DNA from: Escherichia phage myPSH2311
DNA length: 64,000 nucleotides
Reading direction: 5' to 3' (one strand)
Sequence record: MG976803.1
Part shown: positions 1 to 9,454 of the stretch, one piece after another
How positions within the stretch are numbered: position 1 is the stretch's first letter
Layout of the letters: every line of letters begins with the position of its first letter
Position numbers and translations under genes: made by a program
Notes under the pieces: generated by a model
The model's database searches: none
Seen by the model: the letters and a program-made list of their open reading frames with translations, nothing else
Told to the model about the DNA's origin: nothing

Positions 1-137
1 AAGCAATTCAAATGTGATCATGAGTACTATCGGATACGCAAAGCTTACGGGGATGAAAGAGTTCACACCCTTTATAGGTCCACTTGGAGATGTAGTAAAT
101 GTGGTAAGCTTAAACACAGCACATGGATGGATAGGCA

Positions 138-326
138 TTAACGTGACATGGCCTTTATGGGGGTGCCTTAATGTGAAGTAGTCATCAAAGATGACGTCCC
201 CTTTATGTCTTAACTTTATCAGAGGGGTGTATGACAGAAGATGAATACGGTAGCTTCTCTGAAGAAGGCTACGAAAATGAATACAGGTATTCTCACGGGT
301 GTTAATGTGAGGTGGCCTTTACGGGT
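138..326. repeat. three iteron-like motif copies in the non-coding leader
   Basis: TTAACGTGACATGGCCTTTATGGGGG at 138-163, TTAATGTGAAGTAG at 168-181, TTAATGTGAGGTGGCCTTTACGGGT at 302-326; no ORF in 1-429. Confidence 0.45.
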
Positions 327-465
327 AAAATATGAGGTTTTTAAAAGAAATACACTCCTTGATTTATAAGGACATAGTGTACTCAGTATCCCGCAATGCA
401 TGGTTCTACCAAAAAGGTGGCAACGGTGAATGGGTAGATTGAATCTTATTCAGAGGAGAAGAATT

Positions 466-720
466 ATGAATTTAGTATTAGACTTTTTATCAGAGATGGT
501 GCCTCGGTTCAGAACGGAGACATACGCTTTCGTGGTCAATAGTGACTCTGAAGAAGGAATGGAAGCTACATGCTTAGGTCGACTTGTTGATTTAGATGAT
601 GAAACAGATTTCGATATTACAATTGATGTGAGTAGCTTAGGTTGGCTCTTCTTCAGAGCATTCCGCACTTACAAAGTAGAAACATACAAAGATTACAGCA
701 AGGGAGGGACAGATGAATAA
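466..720 (+). CDS. hypothetical protein
   Basis: ORF in track (430-720); ATG at 466 is in frame and preceded by AGAGGAGAAG. Confidence 0.5.
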   Translation: MNLVLDFLSEMVPRFRTETYAFVVNSDSEEGMEATCLGRLVDLDDETDFDITIDVSSLGWLFFRAFRTYKVETYKDYSKGGTDE

Positions 721-1345
721 TTTAATCCAAGCGATGGACCTTAACGATTACAATTCACAGCTATGTCGCTCTGGTTGTAGCTTACAGCATTTAGAAACTA
801 TGGGAAATGTTTCAGGATTGGCTGTACAAGATTTATATAGTGGAAGTATTCTTAAACCAACTATTACGGAGAAGAAAGATATGATGAGTTTAGTAGAACA
901 ATACCGTGGACTTCAAGTCGGTACTATTGGTGATAAATATGAGAACTACTACAAAAATCGCTCAAAAGTACTTGAAGAAGTTGCACGGGCTAAGCCTTCT
1001 ACTCTGGAGGTAGTTGAATATGAATCTACTAAACATGATCACCTCCCTGATTATGCTCGTGCAATGATTGAGATGATTGAAGAAGCTGAATATGAAATGC
1101 TCCATGATTACATTACCTCCAAAGATGAATGGCATCGTGATGTTCGAATTGAAGAAGATGGTACAGAAACAATTACGTGGATTCACAAGAGTGAGTTAGT
1201 AGACGACGCACTGCGAGACTACGAAAAATTTTTGGTCGACGGCTCTATTCTTTTAGAGGAAGAGAAGGGTGTAGAACTTCCGTGGGAAGGTGAGACGATT
1301 GCTCTAGGTAAGATGTTTAACCTGTCCGTTGGTGATTGTAAGTAA
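713..1345 (+). CDS. hypothetical protein
   Basis: 210 aa ORF, ATGA overlap with upstream ORF, followed by terminator. Confidence 0.55.
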   Translation: MNNLIQAMDLNDYNSQLCRSGCSLQHLETMGNVSGLAVQDLYSGSILKPTITEKKDMMSLVEQYRGLQVGTIGDKYENYYKNRSKVLEEVARAKPSTLEVVEYESTKHDHLPDYARAMIEMIEEAEYEMLHDYITSKDEWHRDVRIEEDGTETITWIHKSELVDDALRDYEKFLVDGSILLEEEKGVELPWEGETIALGKMFNLSVGDCK

Positions 1346-1350
1346 TGTTT

Positions 1351-1372
1351 GCCTCCGTTGGGAGGCTTTTTG
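1351..1372 (+). terminator. rho-independent terminator
   Basis: hairpin GCCTCCGTTGGGAGGC followed by TTTTT. Confidence 0.6.
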
Positions 1373-1401
1373 TGTTGTTGATAATGTAGAAGGAGTATAA
1401 A

Positions 1402-1875
1402 ATGTTTGGAGAAAACGGAGAACTCACGCCTGCACAGGTAGCTGAGGTTACAGGAAGATTACCCGGAGTAACGGAAGAACTCGAAAGCCGTGGTATGAAC
1501 CCAAGCAATGGGAAGTTTCAAAAGGGAAATAAATTCGGACGACCCAGAGGTAGTAGAGGTAAGCTGACACAATTAATGTTGGACCGTGTTGCTGCAAGTC
1601 ATTTGTCTCCTGATGAAGTGTTAATTCAAATTTACGAAGATCCTAATATTCCACCTGATCTTAGATTCAAGGCTGCATCAAAAGTTGCAGATCTGGTATA
1701 TCCTAAGGCGGCCTCTGTTGAAGTTAAGATTGAGGAAGAGAATGTAATCAACGAAGAATCATTGAATGCACAAATCAAGGACTTCTTGACTGGAGCACTT
1801 GGTATAGACGTTATGCCTCCAGAAGAAGACAACTCTGAGGACGCTGAAAAGGGGGAGGAAGCGGACGAGAGTTAA
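1402..1875 (+). CDS. hypothetical protein, possible small terminase subunit
   Basis: 157 aa ORF just upstream of large terminase; basic GNKFGRPRGSRGK segment and acidic C-terminus; RBS AGGAG; position-based only. Confidence 0.35.
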   Translation: MFGENGELTPAQVAEVTGRLPGVTEELESRGMNPSNGKFQKGNKFGRPRGSRGKLTQLMLDRVAASHLSPDEVLIQIYEDPNIPPDLRFKAASKVADLVYPKAASVEVKIEEENVINEESLNAQIKDFLTGALGIDVMPPEEDNSEDAEKGEEADES

Positions 1876-2067
1876 GTAAAGGAAACAGGGAGCTGTCGAA
1901 GATCATCTGATTAACAATCTAAGGATTGTTATAGTTTTATTGCCACGATGTTCTTTTGCAGTGTACCCTTGTAGTGGAGAGGGGAGGTTCTTTGACGAAG
2001 GGACTTTCCCTTTTCTATTTTTAAACTGGAGGAAGCATGTCATTAGATAAACATAGTTAGACGCTTT

Positions 2068-3504
2068 ATGGCATTGCAGATTTTGTCTTTCAAGGCGTAT
2101 GACTTCCAAAAGAAATTTTATGCAGCAGGATTGAAGCATCGCTTTAGATTCTTGTGTGCAGCGAACCGTGTTGGTAAATCTTACAGCGAGGCATACGAGT
2201 TTGCTTGTCATGTCACAGGTCGCTACCCAACTTGGTGGACAGGATATAAATTTAAAAGACCTATCTTAGCATGGGCAGTTGGTATTACAGGGGATTCCAC
2301 AAGGAAAGTATTGCAAAAGGAATTGTTTGGTACACCTATCGGAAAGGATACAAATTTATTGGGGACAGGTGTCATTCCTCGTGATGCTATCGTCATTGAC
2401 ACGATAGAACGAGATGGTAACAAACTTCAAATCGTACAAATCAAACATCAAAATGAAAGAGGAGAATTTGACGGTTTAAGTACATTAGAATTCCGCTCAA
2501 CCCAACAGGGTGAACACACATTGATGGGTGCAACAGTTGACTACATTTGGTTAGACGAAGAAGATCCATACGAGTCTATGGCTATATTCGCACAGTGCGT
2601 CACACGTACACTCACAACTAAAGGTCTAGTTACAATTACAGCTACACCAGAGAACGGTTTAACTGAACTGGTAGATAAATTTATGAAAGGTGAAGGGGAT
2701 GAGAACACAGGTTCTCTATATTTCCAGAATGCTTCTTGGTGGGATGCTCATGCAGACCTAGGTGGACATATCACTGACCAAGATATAAAAGATATGACTG
2801 AAGGTATTCCAGCGTGGCAGTTAGAGATGCGTTCGAAAGGTATGCCATTGTTAGGAAGTGGTTTGATATATGATGTATCGGATGACACAATTAAATGTGA
2901 ACCATTCGAAATTCCGGATACGTGGAAACGTGTCTGTGCAATTGATATTGGTATTGATCACCCAACTGCTGCTGTTTGGACAGCTTACGATGCAAACACT
3001 GATACTATCTATGTTTACGACTCGTATAAAGAAGGTGGCTTTACTCCAGTGTATCATGCTCCAGCTATTAATGGTCGTGGTCAGTGGATTCCTGTCATCC
3101 TACCGCATGATGCGGACAATATTGAGAAAGGTAGTGGTTCATCTGTTGCTCAATTCTATAAAAATGCAGGAGTTAACGTACAGAGTGAGACCTTCTACAA
3201 CAAAATTGGAATGGATGGTAAAAAGAACTTCTTTGTAGAACCGGGAATCACAGATATCCGAGAAAGAATGATGAGTGGACGCTTTAAAATCTTTAACACA
3301 GCCGCTAACGCTAAGCTATTCGAAGAGAAAGCTAGATATCACCGTAAGGTTGGTAAGATTATTAAAGAACATGATGACTTAATGGATGCAATGCGCTATT
3401 CAGCGTGCTCTGTTACACATCGTGGTCGCTCTAAGCATGACGTTAGCTACGGAAGTGCTTCTCTGTATGAGGCAAACGTAAGCAGATGGAATCAGAGTTA
3501 CTAA
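2068..3504 (+). CDS. terminase large subunit
   Basis: 478 aa; P-loop-like CAANRVGKS, Walker B-like DYIWLDEED, nuclease-domain acidic residues (CAIDIGIDH); start uncertain, no SD. Confidence 0.85.
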   Translation: MALQILSFKAYDFQKKFYAAGLKHRFRFLCAANRVGKSYSEAYEFACHVTGRYPTWWTGYKFKRPILAWAVGITGDSTRKVLQKELFGTPIGKDTNLLGTGVIPRDAIVIDTIERDGNKLQIVQIKHQNERGEFDGLSTLEFRSTQQGEHTLMGATVDYIWLDEEDPYESMAIFAQCVTRTLTTKGLVTITATPENGLTELVDKFMKGEGDENTGSLYFQNASWWDAHADLGGHITDQDIKDMTEGIPAWQLEMRSKGMPLLGSGLIYDVSDDTIKCEPFEIPDTWKRVCAIDIGIDHPTAAVWTAYDANTDTIYVYDSYKEGGFTPVYHAPAINGRGQWIPVILPHDADNIEKGSGSSVAQFYKNAGVNVQSETFYNKIGMDGKKNFFVEPGITDIRERMMSGRFKIFNTAANAKLFEEKARYHRKVGKIIKEHDDLMDAMRYSACSVTHRGRSKHDVSYGSASLYEANVSRWNQSY

Positions 3505-3565
3505 AGTAAGGGGGAGGTTTGTCCTCCCTTCTTTTATTTAAGCTATCAACCGAGGGAGAGAATCG

Positions 3566-5296
3566 ATGGCTAAGCAAAAATATAGTGAAGAGGTGTTGGA
3601 CGAGTTACGTGTTGACCTTCAACGTCGTTTTAATTACGCTCAAGGTTACGTGGACATGGCTGTTAAGGGCTATGCTCGTGAAGCTTGGGAATATTTCTAT
3701 GGTAACTTACCTGCACCAGTAACTGCTGGCAGCTCTAGTTGGGTAGATCGTACTGTTTGGGAATCTGTTAACGGTACATTGCAAGATATTATTAACGTAT
3801 TCTGTTCTGGTGATGAAGCAGTTACTTTCGTAGCTGACAACCAACAGGATTCTGATGCTGCTGATGTAGCAACTAAACTAGTTAACCAAATTCTTCTGCG
3901 TGATAATCCGGGATACAATATTATCTCTTCTGCTGCACAAGAATGTCTAGTTACTCGTAACTCTTTTATCAAGTATTATTGGGATGAACAAACTTCTACT
4001 CAAACTGAAGAAGCTGAAGGTGTACCACCGGAAGCATTGGCTGCATATGTTCAGGGATTAGAAGCTGGTGGACTCAAGAATCTGGAAATCTTCACTGAAG
4101 AAAATGAAGATGGTACAGTGGATGTTAAAGTTACTTACGAACAAACTGTTAAACGTGTGAAAGTTGAATATGTCCCTTCAGAGCAAATCTTTGTTGACGA
4201 ACATGCTACCTCTTTTGCAGATGCACAATACTTCTGTCATCGTGTTCGTCGTTCTAAAGAAGATCTGGTTGCTATGGGCTTCCCTAAAGACGAGATTGAA
4301 GCATTCAACGACTGGACAGACACGATGGATACTACTCAATCTACAGTTGCTTGGTCTCGTACTGACTGGCGTCAGGATATTGATGCTGATATTGGTACAG
4401 ATACCGAAGATATTGCTTCTATGGTTTGGGTTTACGAGCACTACATTCGTACTGGTGTTCTAGATAAGAATAAAGAGTCTAAACTCTATCAGGTTATTCA
4501 AGCTGGTGAGCATATCCTTCACACTGAAGAAGTAACTCACATTCCGTTTGTAACCTTCTGTCCGTATCCGATTCCAGGCTCCTTCTATGGTCAATCGGTC
4601 TATGACATTACGAAAGATATTCAAGATTTACGTACCGCGTTAGTTCGTGGTTATATTGATAACGTCAACAATGCTAACTATGGTCGATACAAAGCTCTTG
4701 TTGGTGCATACGACCGTCGCTCTCTGCTTGATAACCGTCCCGGTGGAGTGGTTGAAATGGAACGTCAGGACGCTATTGACCTGTTCCCATACCATAACCT
4801 ACCTCAAGGTATTGACGGCCTCCTAGGCATGTCTGAGGAGCTTAAAGAGACACGTACAGGTGTAACCAAACTAGGCATGGGTATCAACCCTGATGTGTTT
4901 AAGAATGATAACGCTTATGCAACTGTAGGCTTGATGATGAATGCTGCACAGAACCGTCTCCGTATGGTGTGTCGTAACATTGCTCACAACGGTATGGTTG
5001 AATTGATGCGTGGTATTTACAACCTTATCAGAGAAAATGGTGAAGTCCCTATCGAGGTACAAACCCCTCGCGGTATGATTCAGGTAAATCCGAAACAATT
5101 ACCAGCTCGTCACAATCTCCAAGTTGTTGTAGCTATCTCTCCTAATGAGAAAGCAGAACGTGCACAGAAACTGATTAGCTTGAAACAGCTGATTGCAGCA
5201 GATGCACAGTTAGCACCTCTCTTTGGTTTGGAGCAAGACCGTTACATGACTGCACAGATCTTTGAGTTGATGGGTATTAAAGATACACATAAATAA
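3566..5296 (+). CDS. portal protein
   Basis: 576 aa ORF immediately after terminase; size and position typical; RBS GAGGGAGAGAA. Confidence 0.7.
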   Translation: MAKQKYSEEVLDELRVDLQRRFNYAQGYVDMAVKGYAREAWEYFYGNLPAPVTAGSSSWVDRTVWESVNGTLQDIINVFCSGDEAVTFVADNQQDSDAADVATKLVNQILLRDNPGYNIISSAAQECLVTRNSFIKYYWDEQTSTQTEEAEGVPPEALAAYVQGLEAGGLKNLEIFTEENEDGTVDVKVTYEQTVKRVKVEYVPSEQIFVDEHATSFADAQYFCHRVRRSKEDLVAMGFPKDEIEAFNDWTDTMDTTQSTVAWSRTDWRQDIDADIGTDTEDIASMVWVYEHYIRTGVLDKNKESKLYQVIQAGEHILHTEEVTHIPFVTFCPYPIPGSFYGQSVYDITKDIQDLRTALVRGYIDNVNNANYGRYKALVGAYDRRSLLDNRPGGVVEMERQDAIDLFPYHNLPQGIDGLLGMSEELKETRTGVTKLGMGINPDVFKNDNAYATVGLMMNAAQNRLRMVCRNIAHNGMVELMRGIYNLIRENGEVPIEVQTPRGMIQVNPKQLPARHNLQVVVAISPNEKAERAQKLISLKQLIAADAQLAPLFGLEQDRYMTAQIFELMGIKDTHK

Positions 5297-5340
5297 TTGC
5301 CGATTTTCAGGTTGAGAACGTACAGGCTTCTTCTCAGAAG

Positions 5341-5745
5341 ATGATTGCTGATGCATTCGACCAACGTGAACGTACTACATTCGAACAGCAGAAAGCTGCG
5401 GATGAGTTAAGTCTGCGTCAGGAAGAGTTGCAGTTCAAGCAAGAAAATGCAGCAGATGCTATGACTCTGGAAAACCGTAAAGAAGATAACAATGCTACTC
5501 TGGAACAAGCTAAGCACAAGTTAGCTCTTATGCAACAGCAGGTCCGTCAGTATGAATCTGTACTGAAAGAATTGCAGATGGTTATGTCTCATCAGGTAGA
5601 CCAAGAGAAGATTGTTCAGCAAGCTCGTGTTCAGGACAAAACTTTGGAACTCCAAAAGAAAGAAGCTAATGTAACTAAGAAAGAGCAACAAGCTTCTCTC
5701 AAAGATTCACGGATTCCAGGCAAACGTCTTGGAAGTAAAAAGTAA
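5341..5745 (+). CDS. coiled-coil protein, hypothetical
   Basis: 134 aa, Q/E/K-rich heptad-like sequence; no clear SD. Confidence 0.45.
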   Translation: MIADAFDQRERTTFEQQKAADELSLRQEELQFKQENAADAMTLENRKEDNNATLEQAKHKLALMQQQVRQYESVLKELQMVMSHQVDQEKIVQQARVQDKTLELQKKEANVTKKEQQASLKDSRIPGKRLGSKK

Positions 5746-5754
5746 GGACGTCGA

Positions 5755-5991
5755 ATGAACATTAGGCATCAATTCAATAAAGAGCACGCCGCCGCTTTGG
5801 CGGCTCTCAATCTTAACGGCAGTCTTGACGCAGCATTAGAGGCATTGAAAGAAAGACTCATGACAGAGATCGTACAAACCGAACCTCATGAGAATAAGAA
5901 ACGCGAAGATTGTTATCAAAAGTATAAAATGGTGGGCAGCTTAAAAGAGGTCATAAAAGCTGCTATCAATAGTGCAGGAGATGTTTCATAA
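5755..5991 (+). CDS. hypothetical protein
   Basis: 78 aa ORF, ATGA overlap with downstream scaffold ORF. Confidence 0.5.
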   Translation: MNIRHQFNKEHAAALAALNLNGSLDAALEALKERLMTEIVQTEPHENKKREDCYQKYKMVGSLKEVIKAAINSAGDVS

Positions 5992-7076
5992 TGCCACAAG
6001 ATAATTATATTGACCCGAACGATTTTAAATCTTTCCTCCAACTGGATGACCTAAAAGGTTCTTTCAAAGAAGAACTCGGTCGATTAGAATCTGAACAAGA
6101 ACCAGAAGTGGACATTGACGATGAGTTCCCGGAAAAAGACGGTGACGATTTCGACTTTGATACCGACCTTCTCGGTGAAAGCGATGAGCTTAAGTTCGAA
6201 GATGAAGATGGTTGGGAAGATCGTGAAGAGGAAGGCGAAGTCGAACAAGATGAGGAAGAATTTGATGAATCAGACGAAAACTCTGAAGCAGATGAGGAAG
6301 ACTCAAGCGATGCAGGATATGAAGATGATTCTGCTGACGGTGATGGTGAAGTCTTTGATGTAGACTACGAAACCGTTATCACCCTTCCTGATGGACGTGA
6401 GATGACTATTGAAGAACTTTCTAATGGCTATCTTACTGGTGCTGATATGACAGAGCGAGAATCAACTCTTCAGCGTCATATGGAAGCATTTGAGGAACGT
6501 GTAGTAGGTTTGAAGGATGTATTAGAATTAGCGTCTTTAGAAGCAGACCGAGTAATTGAAGATTATAACGGTTTTGATTGGGACAAGCTTGCAGTAGAAG
6601 ATCCTCAAGCGTATGTTGAAAACAAACGTTTCCTAGAGAAGTACACAGCTCGCCGTCAACAGCTTGAACAGGCTCAGGTCCGTATTAAGCAGGAAGCAGC
6701 AGCTAAAGAGCAGGAAGCTTTCCAAGCCAAGAGCATTGAATGTGTTAATATTCTGAAACGTGAGATTCCAAATTGGGATGAAAACTTATATCAAAACTTA
6801 ATGCAATACGCAATTGACTTAGGTGCTACTGAAGAAGAAGTATTGAAGGAAAACCGTCCGTCTATTTTCCTAGCTCTCCATAAAGCATACCAATTTGATA
6901 AAGGTAAGCAACAGGTGATGGCTAAGATTAAACGTCCCGGTGCTCCACGCAAGGTTGTGAAGTCTGATGCTGCAAAGTCTCGTACTTCCAATAAGCCCGA
7001 CAACGCTAAGGTTGCCAAGGCATTCGCAGAGGGTCGCGTTAGTCACGAAGACGCATTCAAATTCCTCGTAGATTAA
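5991..7076 (+). CDS. putative scaffolding protein
   Basis: 361 aa with extremely acidic D/E-rich N-terminal half and coiled-coil C-terminal half; directly upstream of capsid gene. Confidence 0.55.
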   Translation: MPQDNYIDPNDFKSFLQLDDLKGSFKEELGRLESEQEPEVDIDDEFPEKDGDDFDFDTDLLGESDELKFEDEDGWEDREEEGEVEQDEEEFDESDENSEADEEDSSDAGYEDDSADGDGEVFDVDYETVITLPDGREMTIEELSNGYLTGADMTERESTLQRHMEAFEERVVGLKDVLELASLEADRVIEDYNGFDWDKLAVEDPQAYVENKRFLEKYTARRQQLEQAQVRIKQEAAAKEQEAFQAKSIECVNILKREIPNWDENLYQNLMQYAIDLGATEEEVLKENRPSIFLALHKAYQFDKGKQQVMAKIKRPGAPRKVVKSDAAKSRTSNKPDNAKVAKAFAEGRVSHEDAFKFLVD

Positions 7077-7117
7077 TCGACAAATTAAATTATTAATAGT
7101 ATAGGAGCTAACATAAC

Positions 7118-7453
7118 ATGGCTAATCCAACTTTATTTGTATCGTATGACCAGAATGGTAAAAAACTTTCTTTTGCTAACTGGATTTCTGTTCTGTCCCC
7201 TCAGGATACCCCGTTCGTATCTATGACCGGTAAAGAGTCTATCAACCAGACTATCTTTAGCTGGCAGACCGATGCACTGGCAAGCGTTGACAGTAATAAC
7301 GCACACGTCGAAGGCTCTCGTGCTGAAGACGGCGAAATGAAACCGACTGTTATCAAATCTAACGTTAATGGTCCTTTGGACGTGGTAACTGATTGCAGTG
7401 TCAAGTCTTGGCATATGTCCATGTCCATGGCATTAAGCTATAAAGGCGCTTAG
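7118..7453 (+). CDS. major capsid protein, N-terminal segment (ends at in-frame TAG)
   Basis: RBS AGGAG upstream; same reading frame as 7463-8065, separated only by TAG at 7451-7453 plus 9 nt. Confidence 0.55.
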   Translation: MANPTLFVSYDQNGKKLSFANWISVLSPQDTPFVSMTGKESINQTIFSWQTDALASVDSNNAHVEGSRAEDGEMKPTVIKSNVNGPLDVVTDCSVKSWHMSMSMALSYKGA

Positions 7454-7462
7454 ACATGCGTA

Positions 7463-8065
7463 TTGCGTCTGAATGACACCCATGCAGCTCGTAAGACTGG
7501 TGCATTCCAGTTCCTGTGTGCTCACGGTGGTCTGGCTGGTGGCGTTGTTGACAAGACCAAGAATGGTCCTGCTGACCCGGACACTGGTGCAGTAACTGTT
7601 AAAGTTGCACAGAATGCTTCTAACCCGACCACTAACATTGGTTTCGACGAAGCTGATATCTTTGATATGACTCTGCAACTGTATACCGCTGGTTCTGAAG
7701 CAGATATCATCATGATTAACCCGGCTCATGCTAAGATCTTTGCTGGTCTGCAAGAAAATACTCAGGGTTCACGTAAGCGTATCTTTGAGAACACCAAGCA
7801 GTTCATCTACGAAGTTAACAGCATCACTGACCCGCTGGGCCAGAGCTACAAAATCATCGTTAACCGTTGGATGCCTACCGATGCAGTTTACTTCTTCCGT
7901 AGCGCTGACTGGACCCAGATGGTTCTACGTGCTCCGAAACGTACTGAACTGGCTAAAGACGGTTCTTACGAGAAGTGGATGATTGAAATGGAAGTTGGTC
8001 TGCGTCACCGCAACCCGTATGCTTCCGGCGTTCTGTTCACTGCTGCGGGAAAGGTGGCGGCGTAA
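7463..8065 (+). CDS. major capsid protein, C-terminal segment
   Basis: 200 aa, TTG start in track, no SD; in frame with 7118-7453; followed by slippery site and Ig-like ORF. Confidence 0.55.
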   Translation: MRLNDTHAARKTGAFQFLCAHGGLAGGVVDKTKNGPADPDTGAVTVKVAQNASNPTTNIGFDEADIFDMTLQLYTAGSEADIIMINPAHAKIFAGLQENTQGSRKRIFENTKQFIYEVNSITDPLGQSYKIIVNRWMPTDAVYFFRSADWTQMVLRAPKRTELAKDGSYEKWMIEMEVGLRHRNPYASGVLFTAAGKVAA

Positions 8066-8589
8066 CAGTAGACAGTGTGACTGTTAGCCCTGCGTCTTTA
8101 GCAAGCCTAGAGACAGGGGCTACTCGGCAGTTCACTGCAAGCGCGGAGAAAAGTGATGGTTCTACCGAAACAACTGGCTTTACTTGGTCAGTGACAGGAG
8201 GTGGTTCTATCACTCAGTCGGGTTTGTATACTGCCCCGAGTGCGTCTCAATCCACTGATGTATCCATTACTGCAACTTTAGAAGGTGTTTCTGGTACAGC
8301 AACCATTTCTGAAATTGTTGCTCCTACTCCTACTATTGTGAGTCGTGGGCCAATTACAGGTAAAGTAGGTGGTACTACCACTAACTTCAACACCATGTTT
8401 ACTGTAACTAATTCTATTGCTGATGATTACACACTTGTTGTAACTCCCGCAGAAGCTGGTACAATAAGCGCTAATAATTCGTTAAAATTAGATGCTGCTG
8501 CAAGTGGCGAAGTTACTGTTCAAGCAAGTTTGACAGCTGACCCGTCCATCAATGCAACATGCACTTTTACTGGTGTAACACCTGCTTAA
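8047..8589 (+). CDS. capsid C-terminal Ig-like (Big_2-type) extension in the -1 frame
   Basis: heptamer G GGA AAG at 8047-8053 in capsid zero frame, 10 nt before capsid stop; -1 frame open to 8589 encoding VTVSPASL..TRQFTA..TWSV..SGLYTA Ig-like pattern. Confidence 0.6.
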   Translation, partial: GKGGGVTVDSVTVSPASLASLETGATRQFTASAEKSDGSTETTGFTWSVTGGGSITQSGLYTAPSASQSTDVSITATLEGVSGTATISEIVAPTPTIVSRGPITGKVGGTTTNFNTMFTVTNSIADDYTLVVTPAEAGTISANNSLKLDAAASGEVTVQASLTADPSINATCTFTGVTPA

Positions 8590-8597
8590 AAACTAGA

Positions 8598-8622
8598 CCC
8601 TGCCTTCGGGCGGGGTTTTTTT
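8598..8622 (+). terminator. rho-independent terminator
   Basis: CCCTGCC TTCG GGCGGGG hairpin followed by TTTTTTT. Confidence 0.75.
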
Positions 8623-8692
8623 CGTTTTAAGACCTATACAAGCTAGTGTGTAATGTATATTCTTTGTCTACATACAACAAGGAGGACAACCT

Positions 8693-9445
8693 ATGGCGAT
8701 GCCAGATGTGGCCTATCCGATTAACACGTATGGCTGGCTTAAGAAAGCTGTTGCCTTGTGGGCCGATCGGGACGATGACGAATTTGTTAATCAAATTCCA
8801 AACTTTATTAACTTTGCAGAGAAAGAGGTTTATCGTAACTTACGTATTCCTCCTCTGGAAAAAGAAGTGTATTTAGATATTAAAGATGGAGTGGCTTATA
8901 TTCCTCCTGATTACTTAGAAGCTCAATGGATGATGAGATCCAAAGATGGTACAATCTTCCAAGTAACATCTCCTGAGGAGATAAGCTATCGGAGACAGCA
9001 CGGGGCTATTAACTCTTCACATTGGAATAACCAACCTGTTAATTTTGCACGGTTTGGAGCACGTTTCTTATTCTATCCTAGAATAAATGCAGATGTTCCG
9101 CATTACCCTGATGATGGTAGTCCGATTGTTCCAGCGGAGAGTTCGGTAATCTTGAGTTATTATGCAGATCCTCCAGAATTTCACGAAGATGGTGATACAA
9201 GTGCGATTCTTACCATTGCACCAGAGCTTCTTTTATATTTTACTCTGAGGCATGCATGTTTATTTGTTCAAGATGATAATGGGGTTCAAAAGTGGTCTGC
9301 TTTAGGTAAGGCTATTCTTGACGAGCTAGTAGAACAGAATAAGAAACAAGAGTACTCAGGTTCACCTATTGCAATTCCGAATAACATGACTCGACTTCAG
9401 AGCAGCCTGCCTGATATTTATGGTATTCGTACTTCTCGTCTATAA
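8693..9445 (+). CDS. virion structural protein (possible head-tail adaptor)
   Basis: 250 aa, RBS AAGGAGG; position after capsid gene. Confidence 0.45.
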   Translation: MAMPDVAYPINTYGWLKKAVALWADRDDDEFVNQIPNFINFAEKEVYRNLRIPPLEKEVYLDIKDGVAYIPPDYLEAQWMMRSKDGTIFQVTSPEEISYRRQHGAINSSHWNNQPVNFARFGARFLFYPRINADVPHYPDDGSPIVPAESSVILSYYADPPEFHEDGDTSAILTIAPELLLYFTLRHACLFVQDDNGVQKWSALGKAILDELVEQNKKQEYSGSPIAIPNNMTRLQSSLPDIYGIRTSRL

Positions 9446-9454
9446 GGAGATAAT

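Noticed and set aside
219-401. 60-aa minus-strand ORF in the leader region
   Set aside because: No SD, overlaps the iteron-like repeats, composition atypical; likely spurious.
962-1186. Antisense ORFs inside plus-strand genes (also 450-668, 1317-1508, 1632-1832, 2223-2423, 2851-3057, 3697-3972, 4178-4441)
   Set aside because: Fully embedded on the opposite strand of long, well-supported genes; typical shadow ORFs.
1402-1875. Confident small terminase assignment
   Set aside because: Only position and a basic patch support it; kept as a low-confidence possibility in the feature list.
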